From contig JBITNC010000001.1 of the NCBI GenBank assembly GCA_050084985.1, forward strand, positions 121,520,001-121,584,000: DNA of 64,000 bases, read 5' to 3'. The number at the start of each line of letters is the position of its first letter. The first letter of the stretch is position 1. Shown here in pieces: positions 50,350 to 64,000 of the stretch. The stretch is from Nageia nagi (taxonomy: Eukaryota; Plantae; Pinophyta). A program made the position numbers and the translations under genes. The notes under the pieces are model-generated. The model worked only from the letters and a program-made list of their open reading frames with translations. It was not told the DNA's origin and ran no database searches.

Positions 50350-53300
50350 ACAAATATGCAATGTTATCATTGCAATAAATTTGGGCATTTTGAGAGAGTG
50401 TGTAGGCTAAAGCAAGTTGCAAATAAAGGAAGATCAACTCACTATGGTGAAGAAGAGCATAATGGAAAACATACTTTATTCTTATCCTTGGAGAAGGTTG
50501 ATGATAAAGCTCTTAAATAGCAATGGATACATATATGGGTTGCTTAAACCTGATGACTAGAAAGCAAGAGCTTCTCTCATCCATGGACCATTCTTTCAAG
50601 TCCAACATCATAGCTAGAAATAACAAAGCTTTGAAAGTGCTTAGAAATAAATGCTTCAAGCAAATACAAGACAAGGTAATAAAAGTGTCCAAGATATTTA
50701 CTACACTCCAAATTTGAGACATGGTTTATTAAGTGTTGGTGAAATGATGGACAAAAACTATAAATTAGTTTTTGAAGATACGAAATGTGAAAATTCTGAC
50801 AAGAATCATGGGTATAAACATGTTACTATTATGCATATGAACAATAACATATTATTTCCAAATATGTTTGAAGCACTAGGAGTTAGCCTCGCAAATATGG
50901 TTATTGATAGCATGTCTTGGTTATGGTGCCTCAGATTTGGCCACTTAAATTGTACTAGTTTGAAGTTGTCTCATGATCTTATTCATGATTTTGCCAAAGA
51001 TGGATGATCCTAAGGTTGTTTGTGTAGGGTATGCTTTGGGAAATCATTCAATACATAAATTTGATAAAGGAAAAGCATATAGGGCATCATACCCACTTCA
51101 ATAGATCCAATATGATATTTATGGTCCTATGTAGACTTTTTTTATGTATATTGGCAGTGGTTTTTATAGGGAACTAATAACCCTATTTACAATATGCCTT
51201 GAGATATTTAACACAATTTCATGACCTTCCAAAAAATATACTATTTACAAAAAACTTCATATTATACCTCATAACAACCTACTTCTATGAACAGATCAAG
51301 GCACTTCATCACCCTATGCCCTTCTAGGACAAAATAAATAGCAAATACATAACACACCTGAATAAGGCACTAATACACCCTTCGCCCTTATGAGCCAAAA
51401 TAAGCAACAAAAATATAGAACAACACCTAAACCTACACATCTAGCTCCTCACAAATGTATTGCTAGAGCTTATCCACCATCATGATAATATTGTTCATAC
51501 CTGCTAGGAGAGCACCATGTAAGGCTCTTATGTCCTTCAGCAGCACCCCATGAGTCACACATAACTTCTTCAGTGAACCTTTCTCAATAATTGGAGATGA
51601 AGGAGGTGTGGCTTCCTTAGAGTCCTCATAATTCTCTTTCACCACTACTCTGCTTTTCCTATGTGAAACTCATCTCCCTCCCTCTACTTATTTCTTATGT
51701 TTTCAATTCCCTCTCGATGTTCCAAACTTTGACTTCTTCAAAATTGGCATGAGGTCATCAAGGTCCCCCATCTTGCCCTACTTTTTAGCCATGAATTAGG
51801 AAATGATCAAAAAGAGCCTTTGGTGTAGATCAAAATTTATTTTTCCTTTCTAAAAAATCTCTACTGAATTCTACAATTCTTTAAAAGAAAGTATGTAACA
51901 TTGACCTATTTTTACCAATGAATGTGGTGCAAAATCACCAAATGGTATCTACACACCCACATAATCTAGGTTTCCAAGGTGAAATAATACATAATAGTTC
52001 CCACTACCTTCATCCATGGCTAGAGAAGACCTTCCCTAAGGATGTATTTCCCATCCCACTCAATTATCTTTGTGGAACTAAAAAAGTCAAGCTCATGTTA
52101 TGTGTGCTTATCCTACGTGATCTTCAATCCCTTGTATGCTAGATTGAACATCTAACAGGACTATTGGAGAGATTTTAAATGAGAAGGCTCCTACCATCGC
52201 ATACCCCTCCACCTAATTATTTACTATTTGATGAAAAACCTCAACATCAAAACCCTCAAATAATTCCAAAAAGATCTAATACCCCATCTTTTTCAACACT
52301 TCTTGGACATCATAGCTAACAAGGAGTTTTGCTAGTTTTGGATGCAAGTTCTTATGCCCCCCTATCAGATCCTTCAAGTTTGAATTCTACCATCAATACC
52401 AAGGCTCTCTATATATACTCTCTAAATTTTGAATCAGCTAGTGGTAAAACCTTGGACCATTGCCTTACTTTTAAGTATCTGAACTAGGTCTCCCACCCCT
52501 CAAACATCCAATCACCCCTATTGCATGCATCAATTTTTGGATCTCCTTCTAACTCCATCATTTTCTTCATGTGAATAATCTTAGAATATGATTTTCCAAG
52601 CACCATACCAACTTCTAGGCTAGTTATGCACTTGGGACTCCATGAGGTGACATCCTAACTCATGTGTATCTGCCACCTTTCCCCTTGCCTCATTATTGTG
52701 GTGATTTCTCCCATTTGTCACCCTAAGATTTTCAATTCAACACTATACCACCAAATTTTAAGTTTGGGTAAGAATTACTAATTTCTTACTTTTGTTAATG
52801 ATTACTGAAGAATGTGTTGGGTATTTTTTATTAAACACAAGGATGAAGCTTTTGATTATTTTAAAGAAATCAAAAATCATGTAGAAAATTAGAGTGGAAA
52901 GAGGATAAAATATTTGAGAAGTGATAAGGGTGGAAACATTTTCTTCAATAATTTTTCTAATTTTGTAAAGACTTTGGAATTAAGATGCAACTCACAACTT
53001 CCTATACTCCATAACAAAATGGAGTAACCAAAAGGAAGAATAGAGATCTAGTCTAAATAGCAAGATGTATATTACAAAAAAAAAATTGCATAATATGTAT
53101 TAGGTTGATGCAATTAGAATAGCCATGTATATTTTGAATAGGATTTGTATGGATAATATGAATCCTTATGAAGCATGGTATGATAAGAAGCCTATAGTGA
53201 GGCATTTTAAAGTGTTTTAGTCTTTTGCATATGCTCATGTACCAGATGAGACTAGGAGGAAACTTGATATCAAGAGTGAATCTTGCATTTTTATTAGGTA

Positions 53301-55885
53301 TTGTGAAGAAATTAAGACATATAGGCTCTATAATACCAAAACTAGAAAGATTATTGTATCAAGAGATGTAATTTTTGAGGAAGGGGAAATTTATGGTCAA
53401 CAAAAATTATATGTAGATGATGGTAATGTGTTGTTAATTCATGTGTTGATCCCAAGTGTAAAGAGTAGTGTGCAACCTAACCAAGGAAACTTTGCAAATG
53501 TGAAGATTAATATGCAACTAAACCTTCAAATTGTGCCACCAACCAACCCCTCTAATAGTCCAACATCAAGTAAGTCAAGTCCCTCTTCAAGTGAAAAATC
53601 ACATTACCAAATGTGATGGGTGATGTGATGAAGGCCATGAGAGGTAAGAAGCATTTCAAAAACCATCCTCTATCTCAAGTTTTGGACCATAATTTTAATC
53701 AAAGATATACTAGAAGTCGACACCATGAAATGGATCAAATTATCCATAGACTTGAGAACATCAACATGTGTGGAGATGCAAATGAAGGTTTTATTGCTTC
53801 CCAAAAGGTGATTGGTTCATATTTTAAACCATTTTTCTATGAGAAAGCTTGTATCAATGATGTGTGGTTGAAATCTATGGAAGAGGAGATGAAATCCATT
53901 GTAAAAATTGATACTTGGGATCTTTGTGAGATTTTAAAAGGAAATGTACATGTGGGCTCAAAATGGGTCTATAAAATAAAATATAACAATGATGGTAGTA
54001 TAGAGATGCATAAGCTAAGATTGGTTTCTAAGGGATTCACCCAAAAATATGGAGTTGATTATGAAGATACTTTTGCATCAGTTATAAGGCAAGAAACAAT
54101 GAGGATGGTTCTATTATTAGTATCCCAAAAGAATTAGAATATACATCACATGTATGTTAAAAGTGCATTCTTAAATGGCTATTTGGGTGAAGAGGTATAT
54201 GTACAAAATCCCCAAGGATTTGAAGTGCAAGGAAAATAAAATCAAGTGTATAAGTTAAAGAAGGCCTTATATGGCCTTAAGAAAGCTCCTAGAGCTTGAT
54301 TCACTAGGAACAAGAGTGAGCCAATACTCTACTACAAGAAAAAATGTAATGATATCTTGTATGTATATTATTTGATTTATTTGGGAAGTAATTCCATGTT
54401 GAATGATGAGTTTAAGGCTGATATGATGATACTAGAATTTGATATGTAAGATTTAGGTCTAAGGCAATACTTTCTTGGCATGGACATCCACTAAATCCAA
54501 GGCCACATTTTCATTTATCAAACTAAATATGCAAAGGACATTCTCAAAAAGTATAGCATGGAGTGTTGCAAACCTATTTCTACTTCTATAGCTCACGGTG
54601 AATTGTTATGTGAAGTTGATGGTACTATAAAAGAAAATGTAACAGAGTATATGAGTATAGTTAGGAGCCTAATGTTTCTTATAGACACTAGGCTTGATAT
54701 TGCATTTGATGTCTCTTTGGTGTTTATATATATAAGTGATCCTTGTATGTTACATTTGAGGGTTGCTAAGGGAATTTTGAGATATGTTAGGGGCACCATA
54801 GATTTTGGGATCCATTGTTATCATGTGGAGAAAATGGAACTATTCAACTTTAGTGATTCTAATTAGGGTAATAATTTGGATGATAGAGAGTCCACTTAAA
54901 GGAATTATTTCTCACTTGATACAAGGCTAATCACTTGGAGCTCAAAGAAGTAAGGATTAGTCCCACTTTCCTCTTATGAAGCTAAGTATATTGCACTTAC
55001 TTCAACAGTGGCACAAGCATTATGGATAAAAAATATTTTATAGGAGATTTGTGAGAAACAACATGGACCAATTGTATTATTTTGTGATAACCATAATGCC
55101 ATTCACTAAGCATGAAACCCAATCCACTATAGTAAGTTAGAGCTCTTTGAATTGAAGTACTATTTCATTTATGACATGGTGTAAAAGAAGCAGGTTGAGC
55201 TTATATATTGTAACATAAAGGAGCAATAGATAGATGTATTCATAAAGGGTGTTGCAAAAGATCAATTTATAATGCTAAGAGACTCACTAGTAAGCACTCT
55301 TAGTATCAAGGATTAGAATGTTGAGAATTAAGTAGAGTTAATTGAAGATCTAACATCAACATATTATGTTATTTTTACTTTTTTGATCAAATGTTCCCCT
55401 AACACATTTTGAACTATAAAAAATACCATATTTTTAAAACACCATCACATTCTTGAAATGCCATGATGCTTCTAGGTAAGATCTAAAATGCCACAACATA
55501 TCATCATAGATTATTTAGTTACGATTTGTGGTGTTATTTCTTGCTCATTTTGTAACCATGGCTTATTAGTTATGAGCATAATATAGTAGTAAGAGATTCC
55601 TTACAAATATTGTAGGTTAGAATTGCAATTAGGTTTTATTCTTGAGGATTATAATATAGTTATATTGAGTTGCTAGTTATTAGTTTAGAAATCTTCTTTC
55701 TTTTCTAGTTGTGTGTGTGAGATTTATGAACTCAATAGTTCTTTTGAGACTATTATTTTATTTTTGAACTCCATTATTAATAATAAAGAACTTTTTTATT
55801 CTCTCATTGGTATCTTGGTTCATTTTGTGTGTACTCAATTGAATGTATTTTATATTTTGGTTTATGTTATAAATCTTATATTGAA
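50350..55885 (+). mobile_element. Decayed Ty1/copia with probable 3' LTR (~55319-55885), interrupted by an L1 fragment
   Basis: CYHCNKFGHFERVC, WLWCLRFGHLN, LRSDKGG, KWVYKIK..RLVSKGFTQKYGVDY, TRLDIAF..ILRYVRGT, FCDNHNAI. Confidence 0.9.
51140..52751 (-). mobile_element. 5'-truncated L1-like fragment inserted in the copia integrase
   Basis: Splits YGPM*T / QILSLGKN..FLTFV of the integrase; T-run at 51137-51143 reads AATATACAT-AAAAAAA on minus (poly-A tail); degenerate duplication TAGACTTT / CAAATTTT. Confidence 0.6.
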
Positions 55886-57026
55886 TTTAAGTGTACTCAT
55901 TCCAATGTTTTAGGAAATAAACTACTTGGTAAAACATGCTTGATAGAGGTCAATATACATAGTTGATTTTATACATTTGAGAAAAAGGGTTTATCAATCA
56001 ATAAATATGTTATTTGTATCAAAGGATAGATTTAATGATACTCATTTAATTTGAAAAAGGAAAATATTGATAGACATTAAGCATCTTAAAAATATTTGAA
56101 ATTTGATATCCATGATCATCTTTGTATTAATGTTGATGATAGAGATATACCTATGTATATTGATATTAAAATAATGGATTTGGTTGGACTAGATTATCAA
56201 AGGGCTAAAGTGGGTAGAAATCTCTTTGATAGTGTTATATCATAAATATAAATGAAATTAACCAAAGTTGCAAATAAAGTATTTATTTGAAAAAGGATCA
56301 TTTTTGAAGTTTGATTTTAGGAGCGGAGATCATCACCATCAATATTCATGCTCAAAATTAGACATGTACATCTAGTTTAATGACCTAGTTGTGCAATAAT
56401 AAGACCACCAATAATCCTTTTCTCATATTTGGACTACCAAAATTCCTTTTCTCATTTCAATTTTGAGCAAAGTTAAAATTATTTAGTTCATTTTTGGAAG
56501 TTTAAGGGTTATGAATTTCTAGATATTCCAAAGGTGCATCATTTCTGGGATTGTTGAAGGTGTTTGGATAATTAGTTGGGATTATTGAAGAATTATTATT
56601 GATAATTGAAAATTTAGATCTTATTCAAGGATAATTCAAGGAGGTTGCAAGTTGAAGGAGTTTACTATTATGTGATAGTATTATGTCCATATTCTTGCAA
56701 TTTGTAATCATCATTTGATCCCCATAACAAACAAGATTAAACTTGATGTACTTCCATATTGGGATAAATTAGTATAAAGTTGAATAGGTTATGTTTTATC
56801 ATTATCATTTTTAATGCATTTTAAGTATTCTTTTAAATATTATGCAATTGCATGCTTAATTTCAAAAAAGAACTCTGAATAAAGAGGACCACCAACAACC
56901 TATTTCTGTAATTTTGGATCACCAACCACCCATTTTTGGTGAAATTAGTTCATGATATTTAAATTAAATTTTTTTTATTTGATGGACTCATGAATAACAT
57001 AACTTACTGAGTTTTACAAATCATGC

Positions 57027-60000
57027 GGTATCATAATAGTTCAATAATTTGGATTGGGGATTGTAAATGCAAGGTAGAAGGTCTCAAAGAGTTGCATTAT
57101 TTCCTATTGATCTTGATATTGGAAGAAGAAAGATAAGAGAATATTCCATAGAAGAGCATGAGGTAAGACAACCTAAGACAAATTTTGATTTTAGTTGTGA
57201 GTTTGAGAGGATATTTCTTGCAATGAAGAGCAATAAGGCTAGTATCTTGGATTTGTCTTGTAGGAAGGTAATCTAGGGAGGAGCCAAGGACACCTAAGTT
57301 TGATAGGAGACTAGTTGATGGTGTTGGACCTTCTCATGTCACTACATCATTTCCATTCAAGGTATAATCCATAGCTAAAATCCCTACTTTTGGAGAGGTA
57401 GTTGCCAAGAAGCTCAATAATTATTTGAAATAACATAAGGTATATTTTCAAATTCAATGTGTTGATAATGATGTTAAAAAAATTTCATTTGCCACATTAA
57501 AAATGGTAGCTCATACATTGATTTGGTATGAAAAAATGTTGAATATGTCAAGAATGAGAACTAACCTCCCATATCTTATTGGTATTAATTTAATAATTTA
57601 TTGAGAGATCAATTCTATCCTTTGGATCATCACAAAAAGCAACTTATGAAATAGAAATGTATTCATTAACAAAGACAAACATCATTGTAATTATGCACCA
57701 TGAAATTTAGAAGAAAAGAAGCTTTGCTTGAAATTTATATTAGTGATACTCAAATTTTGATGAAATATATTGGAGGTTTACATAGTAATTTACAAAAGAC
57801 TATTAAATGTTGTTTAATCCTACTAATTTGGACCAAGTGTGTGTGCAAGCTTAATATTTGGAAGAAGATGGAAGGTAAAAATAACACTATGAAAACTCAA
57901 AGAAGAATTCAAAAAATTAGAGGAATTAAAAAGGAGAAAATTTTCAAGATAAAGGCAAAGGTAATAAATAATAAAATAACTACCAATACTATAAAGAAGG
58001 AAAGTGATAGTAGGTATTGTTGTCATTGTAATAAATATGGACATGTTGATGATAAATATTGGAAGCTTCATTCCAAATTGTATCTGTACAACAAGAACAA
58101 AAGGAATCTAAAAAATAATAATGGAAATGGTTACCAAGAATAAGGATGTTGAGGATAGTACAAATTTTGATAAACTCAATTGCACATTAGTCAAAATAAT
58201 TGGAGATGAGAAAGATATTGAGGAAAGAGGAAACAACTATTCCATTTCAAGGTTCAAATTTTTAAGGTGAAAGTTAATTTTATTTTTGGTTATGTTTCAT
58301 AAGTTAATTTTATTTTCAAAATTTTAATGGAAAATTTGGGGTTGAAGGCATACAATCATCCACATCCATATCCTCTTAGATGGGTACACAAAGATGCCAA
58401 ATTACAGGTCACAAAATAATGAAAGTTGTAATTTAGCATAAGTATAAATTATCTTGATAAAATGGTAGTTGATGATATTCATTTGAATATATGTGGTGTT
58501 GTATTTGGAAATCCATATTTGTGGGATGGATATGCTCTTTAATAAAGGAGGAAAAATCAATATAGGTTGATCAAGGAAGGAAATTACCATACTATGCATT
58601 CCCATAAAAGAAAAAAAGGTGCCTTTAGTGACTCCAAGCCAAGTAAAAAGACTCATTAATACAAGTAAAAAGTTCATATTGATAATGGTTAGAATTTCTA
58701 ATGAAATTGTTACCATAAAAGGACCACTAACACTCCTCTATGCAGCAAAAGGGCTACCATTGATCCATTTCTTGGAGAATCAAATACAAGGGTCTTTACA
58801 GGATTTTCAAGAGGTGTTTGTAGAGGCATCTAGGTTACCACCTATGAAGGATGTTTTGCTTGAAATACAATTTTTTCCTAATTCTACTCTTCCTAACATA
58901 GAGTTATATATGTAATCAATTTTGGAGTAAGAGGAGATCAAGAATATGATTTAGGAGCTAATTAATTAGGGTGTGATCAAACCTAGTATATCTCCATGCA
59001 GATCACTTTTTATTTAGTGTTAAAGAAGGATGGTTTGTGGAGGATGTCCATTAATTATAGGGAATTAAATAAGATCATTATTAAGAATCACTATCCATTT
59101 CCTCAGATAGATGATATTATGGATCAATTTTAAGGGGGAAGACTCTTCTCCAAGATGGATATCTGGAGTGATTATCACCAAGTGAGGATCAAAGAAGAGG
59201 ACATTTGGAAAACAAACTTCAAAACAAGAGGAGGCCTATTTGAGTGGTTTGTTTTACCTTTTGGTTTGTGTAATGCACTAATTATATTTATGAGAGTAGT
59301 GAGCAAATTCATTAAACCTTTCATTGATTCTTTTATTTTTGTATACTTAAATGATACACTTTTGTATAGCAGGAAGATCATTTGATACATCTTAGAAAAG
59401 TGCTTCAAACTTTACATCATGAAAAATTATTGTTGAAAATGAGTAAATATGAGTTTGAAAAATAGTATTTCATGTATTTCCTCCACATTGTTGGTGGTGG
59501 GAAACTAAAGATAGATATAGAAAAAGTAAGAGCCATTGTGGACTAGCCAAGCCCAAGTAATATGACAAAAATAATGGGTTTTATTGGAGTTATTTAAAGT
59601 TTGATGATGTTTGTTGTTAATTTATCTAATATATATAGTGGGTAAGAGGTAAAACATTTCATGGGGGAAGTCAAAGCAAGCTTCATTTAGTTTGCTTAAA
59701 CATAAGATTATTAATGCACCTATTTTAGCACTCCCTAATTTGTAACATCCCTTTGAGATTGAGATTGATGTTGGTGAGTATGTTATGGGTGTGGTTTTGA
59801 TACAAGGGTGAAGACCAATTTATCATCATTCTAATAATTTTAGTGGAGCAATTTTGAATTATCCTACTTATGACAAGGAGTTGTATGCTCTCGTTAAAAT
59901 GGTGAACAAGTGGAAGCATTATCTGATGGGCAATGAGATCATTATCTTTACTAATCATTAGCCATTACAATACTTGTACACTCAATTAAAGTTCCAATAA

Positions 60001-61513
60001 AAAAGACATTACTAGTGGATGTTATTTTTGCAATAATTATATATAGTAATGAAATACAAGAAGGGATGTATAAATAAAAATTGTTGAAATGCTTTCTAGA
60101 CCTCCTACTATATAGAATAAGACCACCAACGATATAAATTCTATACAAAAAGGATCACTAATGATCCTTTAGTAGTAAATGTTTTTGAATCTAACACTAA
60201 TAAATTTTTTTCCATTTGTTTAAGAGTCTTTTTAGGAGGCTTATGTGTAGGGTTTGAAATTTAGAAAGGCATATCAGAAGCTAAAATAGTCATCTACATC
60301 AAATTGTGAAGGTATGGATGAGTAGATCACATAAATGATAGACTTATTTATAAGTTGAATTTGTTATTTTCTCTTTATAATGAAAGAGTTCAATTGATTA
60401 GAGAAGCACATACATTGAAAATTGTTGGTCATTTTGGAGTTGGTAAGATACTTGCAAATTTAAAACGGTACTTGTATTGGGCAAAATTACAAGATCAAGT
60501 TGTAAAATACATTCATAGATGTGTTATGTATTATACAAGGAAATCAAGTAATAGGAAATTGAGTTTGTATTAACCACTTCCAATCCCAAATCACCCTTAG
60601 GAGAGTATATCGATTTATTTGGTAGGTGGTTTTCCTATGTCTAAAAGGATACATGATTATTTGTTTGTTCTAGTGGATCATTTTAGCAAGATATATGTTT
60701 TGATTAGATGTAATAATACTATTATGGGATAATATGTTGCATACATTTTCTTTACTCATGTATGGGTTCATTTTGGTTTTCCTATCTCAATTATTTCAAA
60801 TAGGGATTCAATATTTTTAGGCAAATTTTAGACTTGTTTGTAGGAGAGAATTAATACAAGGTTGAAAAGGAGTACCAATTTTCATCCTCAAATAGATGGG
60901 AAAACTAAAGTGGTAAATAGAACCATTGTTCAACTCTTGATAGGTTATTGTGGTAAGAATTCTAAAACTTGGGATAGACATCTTGTTTATATTCAACATG
61001 CATGAGATAGGGAAATTCATACTTCTACAAATAAAGCACCATTTGATACATGTTTTTGTTATATTTCTCCATCATATTTTGATTATATTTTTGGGAAACA
61101 AGAGGGTAAAGAAGTTTTAGTTATGAAATAAGAGAAACAAGCTAAAAATTTCATTAATAAGATTAGGCAAGTTTATTTGAAAGTTCAAAATAATCTTAAA
61201 GAAAGTTAAAGAAAATAAAAGTGGGAGGTTGTATCTCATAAAAGATAGGTTGCAAGGACTAACCAAGAAATTAAAACCAATCAAGTATGGACATTTTCAT
61301 AATATAGAGCAAGTGAGTGATAGTACATTTAGCTTACACTTACCTTGTTATATGAATATTTATTTGGTTATGAATGTCAAGAATTTGAAATTGTTTGAGG
61401 CATCCATACTAACTAAAGAAGAACATATAGGTAATCAAGTTTTTTCATTAGTTGGTGATTTAGTTCCTCAAACAAATTATAAAACAAGAAAATATATCAA
61501 TAAACACCAATAA
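57027..61513 (+). mobile_element. Highly decayed Ty3/gypsy gag-pol
   Basis: GGTATCA PBS remnant near 57028; CCHCNKYGH knuckle; DYHQVRIKEEDIWKT, LPFGLCNA, VYLNDTL; YDKELYAL; EAH..GHFG; FHPQIDGKTKVVNR; LKPIKYGHF. Confidence 0.9.
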
Positions 61514-62692
61514 ATGTAAAATGAAAAGACTAACATATATGTTAGAAAATTTGTTTTAGATTTGGGTGTTTAGTTTGTTTTTTGATTTTTTTAATTTTAA
61601 TTTTTTTATTATGGTGTGCATGTGTTGCATATTTACATGGGATAAGCATCAAGGTTAGGACCTAGTGCATTTTCCTGTTATAGAGGAGAGATAGTGGTAC
61701 TACCCCTAGGGGTAGTTTAAAATGTATAGGTGTGAACCCTTAGATAATAGTTGATAATAGATGATATAGAGTGGCTATCTAAGATAGGCTTTTATGTTAT
61801 CATATTTGTGGAGAAGATACAATGAGATAGTACATAGATGAATGCCCTAGTTAAGAATTGGGATGTTTAGACCAATACTTTCCATATCTTGATAGGGAAT
61901 ATGACTATCACCCTAGAGGATTTATACAAGATTTATAGGCTCTCTGTAGAGGGGATAGAGATTAGTATAGCCTAGGTTATGTATTAGGTTATGATGTTGA
62001 GCTACATCTTTGGAGTATCCCTTGGATGAAGCAAGATTTTATATGACTCTTATTATGGATAGGGTAGGTTATCTATATGACAAACTATCTTGATGGTTTT
62101 CATATTAGGTTTGGCATTATTAGATTTCTCAGGTGCTAGGTTCTATAGGAACCTACTACATATCATCATGTCTATGGTAGAGCATGATATAGTATTTTCA
62201 TGAGCTTTGAAATTGCTCATGTAGTGCTATAAAGAGTTATATGAGATACACACTAGGATGCATAACAAGTTCATCTATATGACCATAGTTCATATATGGG
62301 ATTGGGAGCACATAATGATTTAAAGACAATGAAGTATTCCATATGATGTGCATCAATAACTATGGCCATTTGTTGAGTACATACTTTTTAGAATGATATG
62401 GGGTTTTAGGTAAGAGCTAGTAAGGTGATAACCACACAAGGGAGATGTGGGACACTACAAGGAGGAATTAGATGGATTAACATAGAGGGATATTATATGG
62501 AATCATTATAAGTGAGGAATGATATGAGAGTAGATAGTAGAGAAGTTGAGACATACTAGGGAGAGTTTGATGGATTCACACTCACCATATAGACATCTGG
62601 GGGGTCATTCATTTTTCATTAGTTCAAAGGTATTTTTTTTTTGTACATAGGGGGTCCCATATGGGACTTGTTAACACATAAAAATGAATTTA

Positions 62693-64000
62693 TGTTTTTA
62701 AATCAATAAATTAATGAAAATATGCTTAGTCTAAGTATGTGTCTTGAATGTCTTAAAGTGATAATATCAATGTTTGTCTTGAATATGAATTTTATAATGA
62801 TTATCTTGAATATTGCATGGATTATCTTGAATATTGCATGGATTATCTTGAATATTACATAAATTATCTTGTTTATTGGTGTGTTTATCTTGAATGTTGT
62901 GAATTAGCCTTGTTTATGTAGATGTATGCTGACCCATGGGTTGTATTATCTATTATCTATATAAATAAGGGATCTAATAGTAAGTCCACATAACAAGGAT
63001 ACACACGATCCTGCGTATGGTCTTGCAGTGGCAACCCCTTAAGGTATCTCTTGGTACCACCTACAAGGCTGTGGTTTGTGTACTTCCTTTCATGAGGTAT
63101 CTTGATAGCTACGATCTATTCTGATATCACACTGCTATATAAGACATCCGTATTGAAGTGCAAGACTTGATCGAGAGGTCAAAAACCATCAAACGAAGGC
63201 TGTTGGTGCTCCTTTATGAACTGAAGAACACCACCAGTGCTCTGATATCTTTGAAATGGACCGCTCGCGGTCCTCTTTTGCATCTTCATAGGTCACTACA
63301 TTTTTGGAAGGGCAGTTCATCACCAACATCTTCATCTTTCATTGTCAAGTACATTCCATGAGGTAAGTATACAAACTACAGCCTTGTTTGGTACAATTAC
63401 ATTTCTAAATCAGGTTATCTTGTTCATTGCTATTAAGAATAAATTGCTATCCATAGCTCAAATACAGATATATTGAGTTTGTAGATATTTACCTATTTAT
63501 TTATTTGCACGCTCAATTTTATTTGTAAACATTTGGTGAACTCGACATGAAACATGCTTGCTAATTTGAAAATGAACAAAGATATAGATGAATTTTTAGA
63601 TTATTCTTCATTAGTTCAATCATCACTTAAGAGGAAAAGAAAAACATGGAAAGGAATAGAGCCAACTAGGAAAAGTGCTAGACTAAATAAGGAAAGTGCT
63701 CCTTGGATTATTAAAGATAAACTTCCAAATGAGGAATCTTATCATGGTGATTCCGAAGACAATGATAGTTTCGATGGTGAAACCCTAGAAAATATCAGCC
63801 AAATGTTTGAAAAGGATTTGTCAATAACCCTATACTGACCTAATAAATGCAATAGCTAGAACCTTACCGAAGAAAAACTTAGGTTAGTGCAACAGTTTAT
63901 TAAAGATTTTGGGATGTTCTACAAATTTTCCATAGACACTAGCATGACATATTCTTTTCACTACCTATGAAAATTCAAAACTACAAACAATCTCACATCA
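62693..64000 (+). mobile_element. 5' end of an LTR retroelement: LTR (~62693-63531), tRNA-Trp PBS, start of first ORF
   Basis: TGTTT...AAACA termini; TATATAAATAAGGG near 62957; 21-bp repeats at 62795-62870; PBS 2 nt after the LTR; ORF 63554..63838 follows. LTR start is tentative because no partner LTR is present. Confidence 0.75.
63534..63551 (+). promoter_or_regulatory. Primer-binding site complementary to the tRNA-Trp 3' end
   Basis: TGGTGAACTCGACATGAA matches 16/18 to TGGTGAACCCGACGTGAA, the reverse complement of the plant cytosolic tRNA-Trp 3' end as I recall it; both mismatches are transitions. Confidence 0.8.

Noticed and set aside
61540-62676. Solo LTR (TGTTAG...TTAACA)
   Set aside because: No clean TSD and no partner LTR; boundaries unsupported.

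Overview
Eukaryotic plant DNA. The giant TE-filled introns and element types suggest a large-genome gymnosperm (inference). One host gene is supported: a minus-strand DRMY1-like single-Myb protein with four coding exons (35714-35662, 35077-34885, 29252-29166, 21526-21134; 242 codons, all GT-AG and phase-consistent). Its introns are 584 bp, 5632 bp, 7639 bp and >21 kb; I found no further exon before the window edge. Almost everything else is nested transposon sequence. The introns hold a complete Ty1/copia (281-bp LTRs, TSD CTGCT) inserted in an older copia and carrying a 4.3-kb solo LTR, an RTE-like LINE split by a related solo LTR with a palindromic repeat/spacer array, a gypsy remnant with a long accessory ORF, a gag-protease-only element, and a 659-bp TIR element carrying PPR gene pieces (Pack-MULE-like). 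Upstream of the gene lie a decayed L1, a complete chromoviral gypsy, a copia interrupted by an L1 fragment, a decayed gypsy, and an LTR element with a tRNA-Trp primer-binding site. No RNA genes or CRISPR were found. I cannot show a wholly new system. The best leads are the intronic PPR Pack-MULE, the palindromic LTR array, the duplicated exon-3 acceptor and the Trp-primed element. All counts are by hand.
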